This document shows, in pieces, positions 22,440 through 35,034 of a stretch of DNA of 64,000 nucleotides. The notes beneath the pieces are model-generated. The model did not search any database and was not told the DNA's origin. It was given only the letters and a program-made list of their open reading frames with translations. This DNA comes from Dipteris shenzhenensis (taxonomy: Eukaryota), in assembly GCA_047967505.1 (NCBI GenBank), contig CM106538.1. One strand, given 5' to 3'. The number at the start of each line of letters is the position of its first letter. The first letter of the stretch is position 1. The position numbers and the translations under genes are program-made.

Positions 22440-23180
22440 AAAGGAGAACGTTTTATGGGCAACACTAGCTCACATGAGATAGTAGGAATTGGCAACACAA
22501 TATGAGAGTTGTATAATTGAAACAAAGTCATGACAAAAGGTTCCAAGCTTAGAATGATATTCAAGATTTCTTCATCAGTGCCTATTCAAGAGCCTTGTAG
22601 GATGCTTATTTAAGCAGATTATTGCACAAAAAGTTTGTACACCTTGACTTCAAAAGCTTGGTTTCACTCAAGTAAACAAGCTTGCACAACTTGCAGGATG
22701 CTTATTCAAGAAAATTATGGGACAAGAGGTTTGTACACCTTAACTTGAAAAGCTTGGTTTTACTTAAGTAGACAAACTTCCACAAGTCTACTTCTAAAGG
22801 ATATTTTTGAATCATTACATGCGAAACCAATTGTGATAGCCTTTTCCTATTTCATGGTCAAGGAGCACTTACATACTCTAAATCATAAATTTAGATATAT
22901 GGGGTTGTGCCTCAATTCAATGATTGAACAAAACCTGGTATTTCATCAATTTCAGTAATAAGTACTCCAAAAAGACATGGATCTATTTTCTTAGCCAAAA
23001 GTTTGATGCTATCAATGCATTTAAATAGTTCAAAGCTTTGGTATCAAAGTAAGGTGATGTGGCAATGAAGGAGAATATAGTCAAATGAGTTCACTCAGTT
23101 GTATAGACAATATGGCATAAAGAGATAGTTTACATGCAGGTATACTCCTCAACAGAATGGAGCTATAGAAACAACATCAA
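22440..23180 (+). mobile_element. Highly degenerate Copia integrase remnant
   Basis: KKTWIYFLSQKFDAINAFK*FKALV and GIKR*FTCRYTPQQNG. Confidence 0.7.
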
Positions 23181-23549
23181 TTTCACATGCTATGACTTTG
23201 TTCCATCAAATGTGCCTTCACTAACTATAGCACATAAACAAAGGCATTCCATCTCTTTAATACACCTTTGAACCAATTAAAGGGGAAAATAGTAGTTCTG
23301 GTAGCACCATCTAGGACTCTGTATATTCAAACAATTACCTTTGGTCATATAATAGCTCACTCTAAAACTATTCAATCCAATGTGATGACATAGAGAAAAG
23401 ACAAAGAAAGGTCCAAGACACAGTTAAGTATAAGAACCATCTTACTATATATTAAGGAGAGAAATCCCAAACTGACCACAGATTTGGAGGCTCAAAAAGA
23501 GGAGGGAGGCTTGCAAGGGGTTTGGATGAGTCGGCTGGAGAGCCATATG

Positions 23550-23899
23550 GCAGAGTGGAAGGAGAGGAGTGTAGGAGGGTGCCACATGTCACATGGGATT
23601 GTGACAACTGGTGATGACTAGGCACAAATAGGGAGGGGGGCAGAGGCAGTTGGCATGCGTAAACATTGGAGCACACCAGATGTGGGCAAAGGCACAGGGG
23701 GCAGAGTCGGCTATAATGGCATGTGGACTCCAGAGCATGCGATACATGGGGAGTAATGGTGCAACACATGGTGTAGAGTTAGAGATGGTTAGCGTGGGGA
23801 GTGATGGTGCGACATGTGGCATAGGGGGACAGAGGCAACTCTGGCCAGTGGGGAGTAATGACATGACACCTGGCGATGCAACCACCCAAGTGGCAACAT

Positions 23900-23943
<44 letters not shown>
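23550..23943. repeat. Degenerate G-rich short tandem units followed by a (GA)n microsatellite
   Basis: Recurrent GGGGGCAGAG, GGGAGTAATG and GCRACAYATGG units. GA run at ~23904-23943. Confidence 0.7.
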
Positions 23944-23944
<1 letters not shown>

Positions 23945-24716
23945 CCTTTCACTCATTCTCATTATGCCCTTCTGCCCCTGTGAAATGGTGAAATGGTTCA
24001 TTCGGGTGTGGGCTTTCATGACAAAATTGTAAGGTTTCACTGCAACATATCATTTCAAATATGCCAATAGAGACTAAGTGTTCCAACAAACTTGGTGCTT
24101 GGTAGCTTGGACAACACCCTTTCTTTGCATATGGTGTAGCACCATAGGTAGCATTGATAGTTCCTTACATAGCAACCGTGTAAATGTATGGTAGATGTAC
24201 AAACCCTTGCAACTGTGGATGTAATCAGAGGCACGTGCTGCTTTGTGTTTGATGTGTTTTCTTTGTTTACATTCAATTGGGCTTGATATATTGCTATCTA
24301 ATACTTTTGGTAAGTATTTCAATTAATTTAGGTTTCCACAACATCATCTGTAGCTTCATTACACTACAAAAATGTGACTCTTACGTAAGAGTAAAGACAA
24401 CGTGATAGAAGAAGAACAAAGTCCATTGTTGAAGACTATCTGAGAGCCCTCTTTTGATTCCAATTCTTCTCAAAAGATAGCTTGGGCCACCAAAGTAGAC
24501 TCATTCTCCTCCCCATGACATTGCAGACCTTGGGTAGTGGCATTCTGCTAGATCCTCAAAATTCTATCATGGATATCCTAGGAGCTCAACCTATGTCTAC
24601 AAATGTCTTTGGAAAGAAGGAAAGGGGGGGATTTGGTATGGTTGTGGGAGTAGGGAATGGGCATGCGATCATAGTGGAAAAGAGAGGCTGGAAGGGCGAT
24701 TGGGCAAAATCTAGAA

Positions 24717-25325
24717 ATAGCAAGCCACAAAGAAAATTTTCAAGCCATTGTGATGAAACCTTGCAAGAATGTGATGATGGATTATATTACTTATATGGCA
24801 CAAAATGAAAACATCTTGCAAGGTTTCATCATTGGTTGTTTCTTGGGGCTTTTTCGTGGCTTGTTTGTTGCTAGGAGTGCAGTGATTTGGAAATCAGACT
24901 CCCATGTAGATGTCCAGTTGGAGCCCTTTTCGACAATTACAATGCCAAGGACAAGAGAGCTTTGAAAGATTCTTAAATCCTTCTATTCTTCCAAATTGCA
25001 CAAGGATATGACAATCAAAAATTTGGCAAGCCACATGGAATTTTTTTCAATACATTATGATGAAACCTTTCAAGACAGTGCTGATGGCTTATATGATGAA
25101 AAATCAAAACATCCTCCCTGGTTCACCAACTCCCCTTGGTTATTTATTGGTCTTTTTGTTGGCCATTTTGCTACTAGGAGTGCACCGATTTGGAAATCAA
25201 ACTCTCATGTAGATGTCTAGTTGGAGCCCTTTTCCACTAATACAATGCCAAGGACAAGAGAGCTTGGCAAGCTTCTCGATTCCTTCTGTTCTTCCAGTTG
25301 CACAAGGATAAAACAATAAAATTTT
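24717..25325. repeat. ~310-bp diverged tandem duplication
   Basis: GCAAGCCACA...TGATGAAACCTT...TTTGGAAATCA...GTTGGAGCCCTTTT...GCACAAGGATA occurs twice in tandem. Confidence 0.85.
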
Positions 25326-25599
25326 TGGCACTCTCCAAGTCTTTGAAAGTCATAGAAAGAGGTCCCATTAGAAATCCAAAGAATAATTGTCGCTAAGCCA
25401 AGTGTATTACTAAGCCCAATTCATTTGCAATGTCTTGGGAAAGAAATAATGAGCTCGTGATGCATGTGATGGGAGGAGTGGGTGGGTCAACATGGGAGAT
25501 CAAGATCAAATTCTTGATGAGCTTCCTGCTACTACATGCCATGTAAGACTTGCAACATGCCATCTAAGACTTGGTAGAGGCAAGTCATTGGAAAATTTA

Positions 25600-26245
25600 C
25601 AAAGACAAGATGCTTGGAGAAAAGTCAGGTAATCCACTCTCAAGTAGTAAAGAGGAGAGTTTAGGCAAATTTGTTAATAGGAACCATGCTACTAGACATA
25701 TACATGAAATGTGGTCACATGGAAGATGTTCAATGTGTTTTTTAAGAATTGTCTCATCATACAGTGGTTTCTTGGAATGCCTTGATTCTAGGGTATGTTG
25801 AGCAATGCAATGGCACGTGCACATATGTACCATGAAGGTGTCACACCAAACCACCTAACATTTGTCAAACTAAAAGCCTATAGTAGCCTGGCAAGACTGG
25901 AAGAGTGGATGAGAAATTTGCAAATATAGGATGTATGGAGAAAGTTTACACATTCCAATCGCAATTAATAAAGAGTGGCTCTGAGTGACATGTTTTTGTA
26001 GGAAATATCTTGGTTTATGTGTGCGAAATGTGGGAACTTGTAGGATGCATTGCATGTCTTTGATGAATTGCCTCATGTGATGTGGTTACCTTGAATGCCA
26101 TGATATTAGGGTGCATGAAGCAAGATAAGGGTGACCTAGATATGGAGGCATATGTACGGATGTGCAAGAAAGGCATGCAAACAAATAACCAAGCATTTGA
26201 TAGTGCATTGAAGGCTTGCAGTATCTTGGAAATAGTGAAAGATGT
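25600..26245 (+). pseudogene. PPR gene remnant
   Basis: MVTLNAMILGCMKQDKGDLDMEAYVRMCKKGMQTNNQAFDSALKACSIL, preceded by HSNRN-KEWL/DMFL-GN and AKCGNL*DA fragments. Confidence 0.75.
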
Positions 26246-26249
26246 GTTA

Positions 26250-27880
26250 GGATTATTGTCTAAGGTACATCCTCATGGGGGGTTTATTAGCAAGAAATAT
26301 TTGTGGGTGTTTAAGACATGGTCATTGTGAGTTGGCAAAGAGTGATTGGCTTAGCAAGCGTGGTCACATAGCATGGCTAACTAGATGCTATGATTGGATT
26401 GGTCCACGTACGTGGTGAATGGCTATTGGGGATACTAGAGGAATGGCGACCCAATGCATGGTGACTATGTGGAGATGGTTTGTGAGGAGCTGAGGCGGCA
26501 GAACAGAGAAGGAACCAACCACCAACAAAGTAGAAAAGCGTGCTTGGAAGAAATGATAACATGGTTGGGATGCTAGGGAGAGCACTTGGAGAAGATTATT
26601 TTCACCACCTTGACATTACAAAGCCTACTGCTGACAACTAGACCATTCTAGAGGCTTTGTTCGGGGTGAAGATGAGGCATTGAAAAGCCATGCTCAAACA
26701 AGAATTATTCGACCTGCACATGGGTTGGGGTGAATAGCTAAATAGAATGCATGCTCTATTGAAGCATCTCCATTGACTCACTTCCAAAGTTGAAGATGAA
26801 GACCAAAAGGCAATCTTGTTGAAAAGTTTACTTCCCATATACAGTGAGGCAGCTCAAATTCTGAGGTTGGACGATGAAGCATATTTTGTTGATTGTTTGG
26901 TTCTTTTATTAAGTGAGGAGAAGCGAGAGGAAGTGTTGCAACCTATAGGTGAAAGATAGGAAGCACACAACCTGTTGATTGTATGGTTCTTCTTTTAAGT
27001 GAGGAGAAGCGAGAGGAAGCATTGCAACCTATACTTATACAGTGAAAGACAAGAGAAGGGCTTCCAAGGATCCAAGAGTAGATATGCATTCATATTATTA
27101 CTATGCAAACCGGGCATATCAAGAGGTTCTACGTCAAGAAGCAGAAGGACGAGATTGAAAAATGGGAAAAGAATGATGCTTGTGTGGTAGAGTAACCTCC
27201 ACTGACAAATGAAGTTGCAGTTTTGTTGTAGATGTTGCTGGTAAGGATTGAGCTTTTTGAGGACGAACATGTTTTAGAACTATCTACGATGAACGTTGTT
27301 CGAGATGATCAAGGTCATGATGAAGCTATTCATGTGCTAGGGTCTCTGTTCATTTTTTGTTCTATTGTTCCCATTTTGGTTGTGGGTGAATCATTGGTAT
27401 TATTGTCTAAGGTACACCCTCATGGAGCGTTTATTAGCAAGAAATATTGATGGGTATTTAGGACATGGTCATTGTGAGTTGGCAAAGAGTGATTGGCTTA
27501 CAAACATGGTCATGTAGCATGGATAGATGGATGTTGTGATTGGATTGGTCCATGCACATTGCAAAGGGCTATTGGATACTAGGAACAACCCCCCAATTCA
27601 TGGAGACTATGTGGATATGATTCATGAGGGGCTGAGGCGGCAGAAACATTGAGGTGATGAACATGTTTCTACAAAATGTAGCAGCAAATGAGGAGATGTC
27701 GGTCTCTTTGTCCAGGCCATGTGCCTCTACGTGTCTATGAGAGTCATAAGTAGCTAAATAATAGGAGCTCCAGGTCTTTTGTATGTGTAGCTACTACTGG
27801 CTCAATAGAGATGAGCTGCTTAGAGTCAAGTTTTCTGAGTCAATATCTTTATATGCAATAAATGGTGTTTCCCTTGTCAT
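26250..27880 (+). mobile_element. Degenerate Copia remnant: gag fragment between two ~250-bp direct repeats (probable LTR pieces)
   Basis: TTATTGTCTAAGGTACAYCCTCATGG...GCTGAGGCGGCAGAA at ~26253-26503 and ~27401-27645. Between them: KAMLKQELFDLHM...KVEDEDQKAILLKSL. Confidence 0.6.
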
Positions 27881-28059
27881 GATTATGGTTGCCATTTCTT
27901 ATTTTTGTCCAAGTAGTTGAACCAATAACTCATGTCATGAAGCTTCTAGTCATTGCAATTGTGATTTTATGACACATTTATGCATTCATTCTTTTGGATG
28001 GTAGGATTTATTGCCGCGTACGATATTTGGTATAGCATGCTTACAATTTCCAAAAAGAT

Positions 28060-29100
28060 GGTGAGCAACTTGACCACAAATCCATGATAGTAGGATGCTT
28101 AGAGAAAGAGTCATCCACTCTCGAGGAGTAAACAACGGCAGACTTGTAGATGTATTTGTGGGAAATACTTGGTGGATATGTACAGAAAATGTGGGGACAT
28201 GGAGGATGCATGGAAGGTTTTTTACCAATTCACTATCCTGATGTGTTTTCTTGGTCTACCATGATCAGAGGGTGTGTCAGCTTTGGATTTGTATGCTCAG
28301 ATGCAATGGGAATGCATCCAACCAAATGCCCAAAAATTCATTGGTGCATTGAAGCTTACAATAGCCTTGCAACATTAGAAGAGGTGAAGTGCTGACAAAC
28401 ACGCATTTTGAAAAAATACTATATTTGGTGAAAGGTAGAGCCCTTGACTCCAAAGTTTTAACGAGTGGCTTGGAGTCTTCCTTTTTTGTGGGAGCCACTT
28501 TGGTGGGTGTGTATAATGAATTGCCTCATCACAATGTGGTTAGATGAGTCCATGGATCTTAAGAACAAGAAGAAAGCAGGGAAAATATTACCTGCTTTCT
28601 TCTTGTTCAAATGCAAGAGCAAGGTCTCACCAAGTAGCTTTACCTTTTATCCCATCTTGAAAGTTGTTGTAACACAACACCTCAAAGGAGGTCCATTATC
28701 AAATTAACAAGGTCTCTTTGGTGGACATGTATAATGAATTGCCTCATCACAATGTGGTTACATGAGTACATGGATCTTAAGAACAAGAAGGAAGTAGGGA
28801 AGCTTTTAGCCTTTATGCGTAAATGCAAGAGCAAGATCTTACCAAGTAGCTTTACATTTTTTGCCATCTTGAAAGCTATTGCAAACTCTAGATGTCAAAA
28901 AGGAGGTCCATTCTCAAACTATCAAGTCCTCTTTTGAGACCAATGCTATCATGGCAAGTAGTCTCATTGACATGTATGCTAAATGTGGAACCATGGCTGA
29001 ATCCCAACAATTTTTTGATACATCCCCCATTAGAGATATCATACCATGGAATGCATTAATTGTGGGATACTCCACTAGGGATAGAGTGAACTCCAATGGC
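28060..29100 (+). pseudogene. PLS-class PPR gene remnant with an internal ~220-bp duplication
   Basis: PDVFSWSTMIRG and KEVHSQTIKSSFETNAIMASSLIDMYAKCGTMAESQQFFDTSPIRDIIPWNALIVGY. TGTATAATGAATTGCCTCATCACAATGTGGTT occurs at ~28510 and ~28728. Confidence 0.85.
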
Positions 29101-29243
29101 ATGCGGGCCTTAGATTTCAAATGCTATCTTATGGTATAGCTACATTACAAAGATTTTGGTATAACTGTATTCCAAATTCTTTTGGCATATTTATATTCCA
29201 AATCTTTTGCAATCTTCTATGACTACACATGTATATATGTATG

Positions 29244-29355
29244 AACACACACACACACACGCATGCACGCACGCGCACACACACTTTTTTTTGTGTGGAA
29301 TCACTCACACACACACACACACACGCACGCATGCACACACACACACATACACAAT
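29244..29355. repeat. Compound (CA)n microsatellite
   Basis: CA runs interspersed with CACGCACGC and GCATGC. Confidence 0.9.
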
Positions 29356-30049
29356 CATACACAATGAGTAGTGTGCTCTTGGCAAATGGTAAGACTTACC
29401 ATCTCAAAATTGCCAATGTGATGCTATCATCGAAGGCCTGCATATTGGTAAGGTCCTCCAAAGCAAGGGAAGAGAATTGAAATCCATTGAGCATGTGCAT
29501 GAGGAGATAAATAATGCCATCCTTTAGTGACACAGAGAGCATGCAAAAAACATTGGAAGCACTATGATATTTTTACAACAAGGAGCTTGTGGAAGAGACA
29601 ATCCTTAGGGCCATCAATCCTTAGGAGCTTGTGGAAGAGACAATCCTTAGGGCTAGCAAGCAGTGGTGAAACGAAAACATGCAAGCTTTCTAACAAAGTG
29701 GAACATCCTTCCAAAATAGTTCAATAGAATTGGCTACAAGGAAGTCTAATAAAAAAGTTTACACGAGGGGGACTATATGTGTGTGTGTGTGTGTGGTGTA
29801 TATAAAAAGTAAAACTACTTAATCATGATATGTGAAATGAAAGAGAGAGAGAGAGAGAGAGAGAACCATATGGATTTACATGGCCATAGAGGACTTAAGA
29901 GGGCCCAAACTTTGACATTGTCCCTTAATCAGTTGAACTTCATTGATAACTCCCATTGAAACCCCCAACATCTTCATATATCACCAAAATTTACCCAAAT
30001 GAAAAAGCACACTTTTTTATCATGCTACATGGGTTGAGATGTTGACCCA

Positions 30050-30605
30050 TGATGCTTGAACCTTTTGTCTACTAGTCACTCAATGCTCTATCCAAGCTAT
30101 CCTCTTCTCTTGAATTTGTGAAGGCAGAGGTCTTATTTGATGGAAAGTGTAGCACTTGTGTATGACCTCACTATGACCTTGATGTTCCTAGGCTTTCTAA
30201 GTCACTAGACATGGACCTTGTTGAAAGTCAACAACAATACTAGGCTTTCAAAGTCACCAAAATGTGGACCTTGTTCAAAGGTATTCTCTCCTCGTGACAT
30301 GAAGGTAGAGCTTATCAACTACTTATTTGATGGAAAGTGTAGCACTTTGAGTATGACCTCAGTATGACCTTGATGTTCCTAGGCTTTCACTGTCAAGTGT
30401 AGCACTTTGAGTATGACCTCAGTATGACCTTGATGTTCCTAGGCTTTCACTGTCACCAAATGTGGACTTGTTGAAAGCTATCAACAATATTGGATGCTTT
30501 ATCTAAGCTATCCTCTTCACCTAATGTGAAGGTAAAACTTAGCAAATAGTTATTTAATGGAAATTGACATATTTGAATATGACATTGTCCTAGGCTTTGA
30601 ATGAC
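30050..30605. repeat. Diverged tandem repeat block including an exact 60-bp duplication (30335-30455)
   Basis: AAGTGTAGCACTTTGAGTATGACCTCAGTATGACCTTGATGTTCCTAGGCTTTCACTGTC occurs twice. Related units lie at ~30140 and ~30550. Confidence 0.85.
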
Positions 30606-30639
30606 ATAGGAAACTTGCATCAAGTTGGGCAACAATTTT

Positions 30640-30760
30640 TTTTCTTTGTTTCTTTTTCAAGATGCTCAACAACGCTTCACTGGGTATGGAAAAGAGTAGT
30701 GGGGCAAGTGGGCACCCCTTCCTTACTGACATTTGCAAGGTAAAGTTTTTTGACATGCCT
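30640..30760 (-). mobile_element. LINE (L1-like) reverse transcriptase fragment
   Basis: SKNFTLQMSVRKGCPLAPLLFSIPSEAL matches the LINE RT motif SxxFxxxRxVRQGCPLxPLLF. Confidence 0.7.
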
Positions 30761-31095
30761 CCATCTCACTTCGTGATGAACTCCTAGCTTCATTTGTCTC
30801 ATGCTCTACCCAAATCAAGGTTCAAACAATATATGGAGATTACAATGCCTAGAGCATCATCAATCCCAACATGCCTCCATATAACTTTATTGATGAACTC
30901 TTAGCTCTATTCGTCTCCCGTTTGTGCACAAATCAAGGTTGAACGATGTGGAACATTACCATCCCTAGAGCATAATCAATGCCAATATTGACATCTATAG
31001 TCAATTGAGATATTTTTTATGTGTGGAAAACCTTTCTAATGTAAGCCAACATGACATAAGACTTGACATCCTTTTAACAAAGAACATTCAATGGA

Positions 31096-31097
31096 TG

Positions 31098-31153
<56 letters not shown>
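31096..31153. repeat. (GA)n microsatellite
   Basis: Direct reading. Confidence 0.95.
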
Positions 31154-31157
<4 letters not shown>

Positions 31158-31244
31158 TTTTTAGACTTTGAATTAAAAAATATTTTCAAAAAGCATAGAA
31201 ACCAATTTGGAAGAAAAGCCAATTGAGAAAAAACAAATGGATAC

Positions 31245-34200
31245 ACTACGCGGGAACCAGCTAACTCTACTTGTAAGCCCCCCATATGAGGAGAAGGCAT
31301 TTGAGTAGCTCGGTTATCCGCCGGTAGGTCCTAGTTTCGACACCAGATGGGGGCCATGTGCAGCCTGATGCCAGCTTCAGATAGAGTTGGCACACTGCCA
31401 ACTAGGCTACATGCAAGTGCGGGAAGGCATTCCATGACTGACCGCACTGAGCGTAGACGGAGCATTTCCCGAGGTAGCCCATTCTCGGGTTGCGGGGCTC
31501 GTTTGGAGCCCCATATGATGTCGGATGGCTCTGGGCGGAACGGGGTCTGTAGGGTAGTTGCTCTATTTTGCGCCACGGTTCTAACGTGTGGTCGGTGGCC
31601 TATTTCGGGCCGACCTCCAGTCGGCCGTTTTGGGTGGACTAGGTCGATCTCCCAATTGGGTCTAACCAACTACAACTGATGGCTATATAAGAGCAAGCCC
31701 GTGAAGCCCATATTCATCAATGGCTATAGCAACCCTGATTCCTTAGCATCCAGCCTCCGTCCTCTACTGTTTCCAGCACGCCATCGAAGCTTCTCACATA
31801 GGAGCACACGGCTGGGAGGCACCGCCATCTATTGTATCCGTTTTACAGTAATTAAATTTTTGATTCTCCATACTATCAGCTTTTCTCTCTTGCATACGAG
31901 ATCCTGTTATCTATTGAGCACAGACGTTGTATTGTTTTCTTACATGGTATCAGAGCTTGGGCTCTAGCAAGAAGATTTGGTAGTGTGTTTCTATTTGCGA
32001 GCAGATTGTGAGAGATGGCCCAGCCCGCAAGACTGCGAATCCCACCGTTCGGCGAAAGTGGAAAGTTGGACGGCACTAACTATCCACTCTGGAAATTCAA
32101 GATGAAGACCATCCTAAGCGCATACGAGCTTTGGGATACTGCTACTCGGGTGGACATGAAGCCGGTTCCGAGACCGAATCCGGCCAATGCAGCACAACAG
32201 ATAGTACCAACTGCAGATGAGATTCTCGCATGGACAAGAAGAAATGCAGATGCGCTGTGTTCTATTGTCTGCAGTGTAAGTGATTCTGTCATGGCGTTAA
32301 TTCAACATGTCACCACAGCGGAGGAGGCATGGACGGTCTTGAAAAATCAGTACGAGACCACGAATCAGACGCGGATTCAAAATCTGGAGACTCAACTCGT
32401 GAACGAGAAATTGTCTGAGTCTGAAATGGTAGAGAATTTCATCACCAGGGTGAAGAATCTGCGCGATTAGATGACTACGATTGGCATCACCATCACTAGC
32501 GATAATCTAGCATGAAGGTGCATACGGATTCTCCCACCAAAGTACGATGGTCTTGTTACGGCACTGAATACGCAAAACAGAAATCCGCCCCTCAACTTTG
32601 AGGATTTCAGCGCAATGCTTCTGGAGGAGGAGATGCGTCAAAAGACAAAAGGATTCCACAGGTACATGGTTTTGATTATCAGGATACCTTTGCTCCCACA
32701 GCTCGACTAACCACAATTCGCAGTGTTTTGGCTTTAGCAGCACAGGAAAGTTGGCCTGTGTTTCAGATGGATGTAAAATATGCCTTTCTGAATGGAGATC
32801 TCAAGGAGGAGGTATACGTGAAACAACCACCAGGTTTTGTGATCCCCGATTCAGAAGGTAAAGTCTATAAACTGAAGAAGGCACTTTACGGGCTGAAATA
32901 GGCCCCACGAGCGTGGTACCAGCGGATTGAAACCTACTTTTTGCAAAACGAGTTCAGGAGGAGCCCATCTGATGCAAATTTGTATATCTACAGAGAAGGA
33001 GGCAAGTGTATGATCGTGGTCCTTTATGTGGACGACCTTGTCATAACAGGGAACCATGAAGAAAAGATCTCGCAGACAAAGCAGTTGCAAGGAAGAGAGT
33101 TTGAAATGACAGATGCATTTATGTTTGGGGATTGAAGTTTGGCAAGAGCCAAAACAGATCTTCATCTCACAGCTGAAGTATGCTGGAGAGATACTGAAGG
33201 CATTGGGCATGGCTGAGTGCAAGATAGTTGGCACCCCTATGGAGGTTGACGTGAAGCTCTCAAATGAGGATTCATCAGCACTGGTGGACGAAGCGAAGTA
33301 CAGAAGGCTTGTTGGCAGTTTCATTTACTTGTGCAACACACGGTCGGACATTAGTTTTGCGACTGGTGTACTAAGCAGGTTTTCCAATAAGCCCCGGGAG
33401 AACCATTGGAGGGCAGGGATGTAGGTGCTAAAATACATCAAAGGCACACTTGATTATGGCATCACCCATACCAAGGGCAACATCTTGACCGGATTCTGTG
33501 ACTTGGATTGGGGGCAGGAGACGTGGATAGCAGGAGATCAGTGACGGGTTACTGTTTCTCACTTGGATCTGCAGCTGTGTCATGGGTCATCAAGAAGCAA
33601 CCTACAGTTGCTCTTTCTTCTACCGAGGCTGAGTACAAAAATCAGCATGTTTTGCTTCTTGTAAGGCAGTGTGGTTGAGGAGGATTTTAGGGGACATGGG
33701 TGTAGTGCAGAACAAGCCTACGCAGTTATCATGTGACAATTAGAGTTGCATGGCAATTGCAAAGAACCCTGCGTTCCACGCTCGCACAAAACACATTGAT
33801 ATTCAATATCACTTTGTACGCGAGCTCATCATGGACGGAGAGGTCGACTTGGTGTACTGTCCGACTACAGAGAATGCTACGGACATCTTCACGAAGGCTC
33901 TTGGAAGAGACTTGCTGGAGAGGCATCTTCATCGACTTGGCATTGGGTCGAAAAAGTAAGTTCACTTGCGGGTGGACATTGAGGGGGGGTGTTAGACATT
34001 AATGCTCCACTCTCGTGTAACTATGTGGGAACCAGCTAACTCCCATATGAGGAGAAGGCATTTGAGTAGCTCGGTTATCCGGTAGGTCCTGGTTTGGACA
34101 CCAGATGGGGGCCATGTGTAGCCTGATGGATGGACGGCTTCAGATAGAGTTGGCACACTGCCAAGTAGGCTACATGCAAGTGCGGGAAGGCATTCCATGA

Positions 34201-34679
34201 CTGACCGCACTGAGGGTAGACGGAGCATTTCTTGGGGCAGCCCACTCTCGGGCTACGAGGCCCGTTTGGAGCCCCAAATGATCCCGGATGACTCTATTCT
34301 GCGCCACGGTTCTAATGTGTGGTCGGTGGCCTATTTCGGGACCGACCTCCAATCGGCCATTTTGGGTCAACTGGGTCGGCGGTCTCCCAATTGGGTCTAA
34401 CCGACTACGATTGGTGGCTATATAAGAGCAAGCCCGTGAAGCCTATATTCATCACTGGCTAGAGCAACCCTGATTCCTTAGCATCCAGCCTCCGTCCTCT
34501 ACTGTTTCCAGCACGCCATCGAAGCTTCTCACATAGGAGCGCATGGCTGGGAGGCAGCGCCATCTATTGTATCAATTTTACAGTAATCAAAATTTTGATT
34601 CTCCATACTATCAGCTTTTCTCTCTTGCATACGAGATCCTGTTATCTGTTGAGCACAGACGTTGTATTGTTTTCTTACA
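31245..34679 (+). mobile_element. Ty1/Copia element C1: 5'-truncated, internally deleted duplicate of C2
   Basis: 5' LTR 31245-31944 (first ~30 bp missing), PBS 31945-31956, gag from 32015, gag/RT junction at ~32645, RT/RNase H to 33959, PPT 33981-33989, 3' LTR 33990-34679. Confidence 0.95.
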
Positions 34680-35034
34680 AATCCATCATATTTCAGCCTA
34701 TCCACAGGATACTTAACTCTGGTAGACCTGTGCAAAATAGGCTCCCTACCAGGTGCTCTCAAAACATCCCTCGTCTTCCTTACTCCAGGTGTAACAACAG
34801 AAGGAATACCCAACTCATCATCAAGGCTCTGTTCTGAGCCACTCGATTCACCATCCACATAAGAGTGACCTGCATTCACATCAAACATGGGCTGATCTAC
34901 TTTCTCTTTTCCTTTTTGTGATACTTGCATACCACTATCTACATTGCTTTGAGGAGATCCTCCTGATCTCAATCTACCTGTCCATGGCGAAGTATGTGAA
35001 CCACTGCTAGAGGACACTACAGGTCCACTAATAT
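34680..35034 (-). mobile_element. Fragment of Copia family A (integrase-RT linker), co-duplicated with C1
   Basis: Collinear with 54130-54484 at a constant offset of 19450 bp. Confidence 0.93.

Noticed and set aside
9120-32665. gag-RT joins in A1 and C1 as reverse-transcribed spliced RNAs
   Set aside because: Comparison with A2 and C2 shows no GT...AG at the deleted segment ends; short microhomologies explain the joins.
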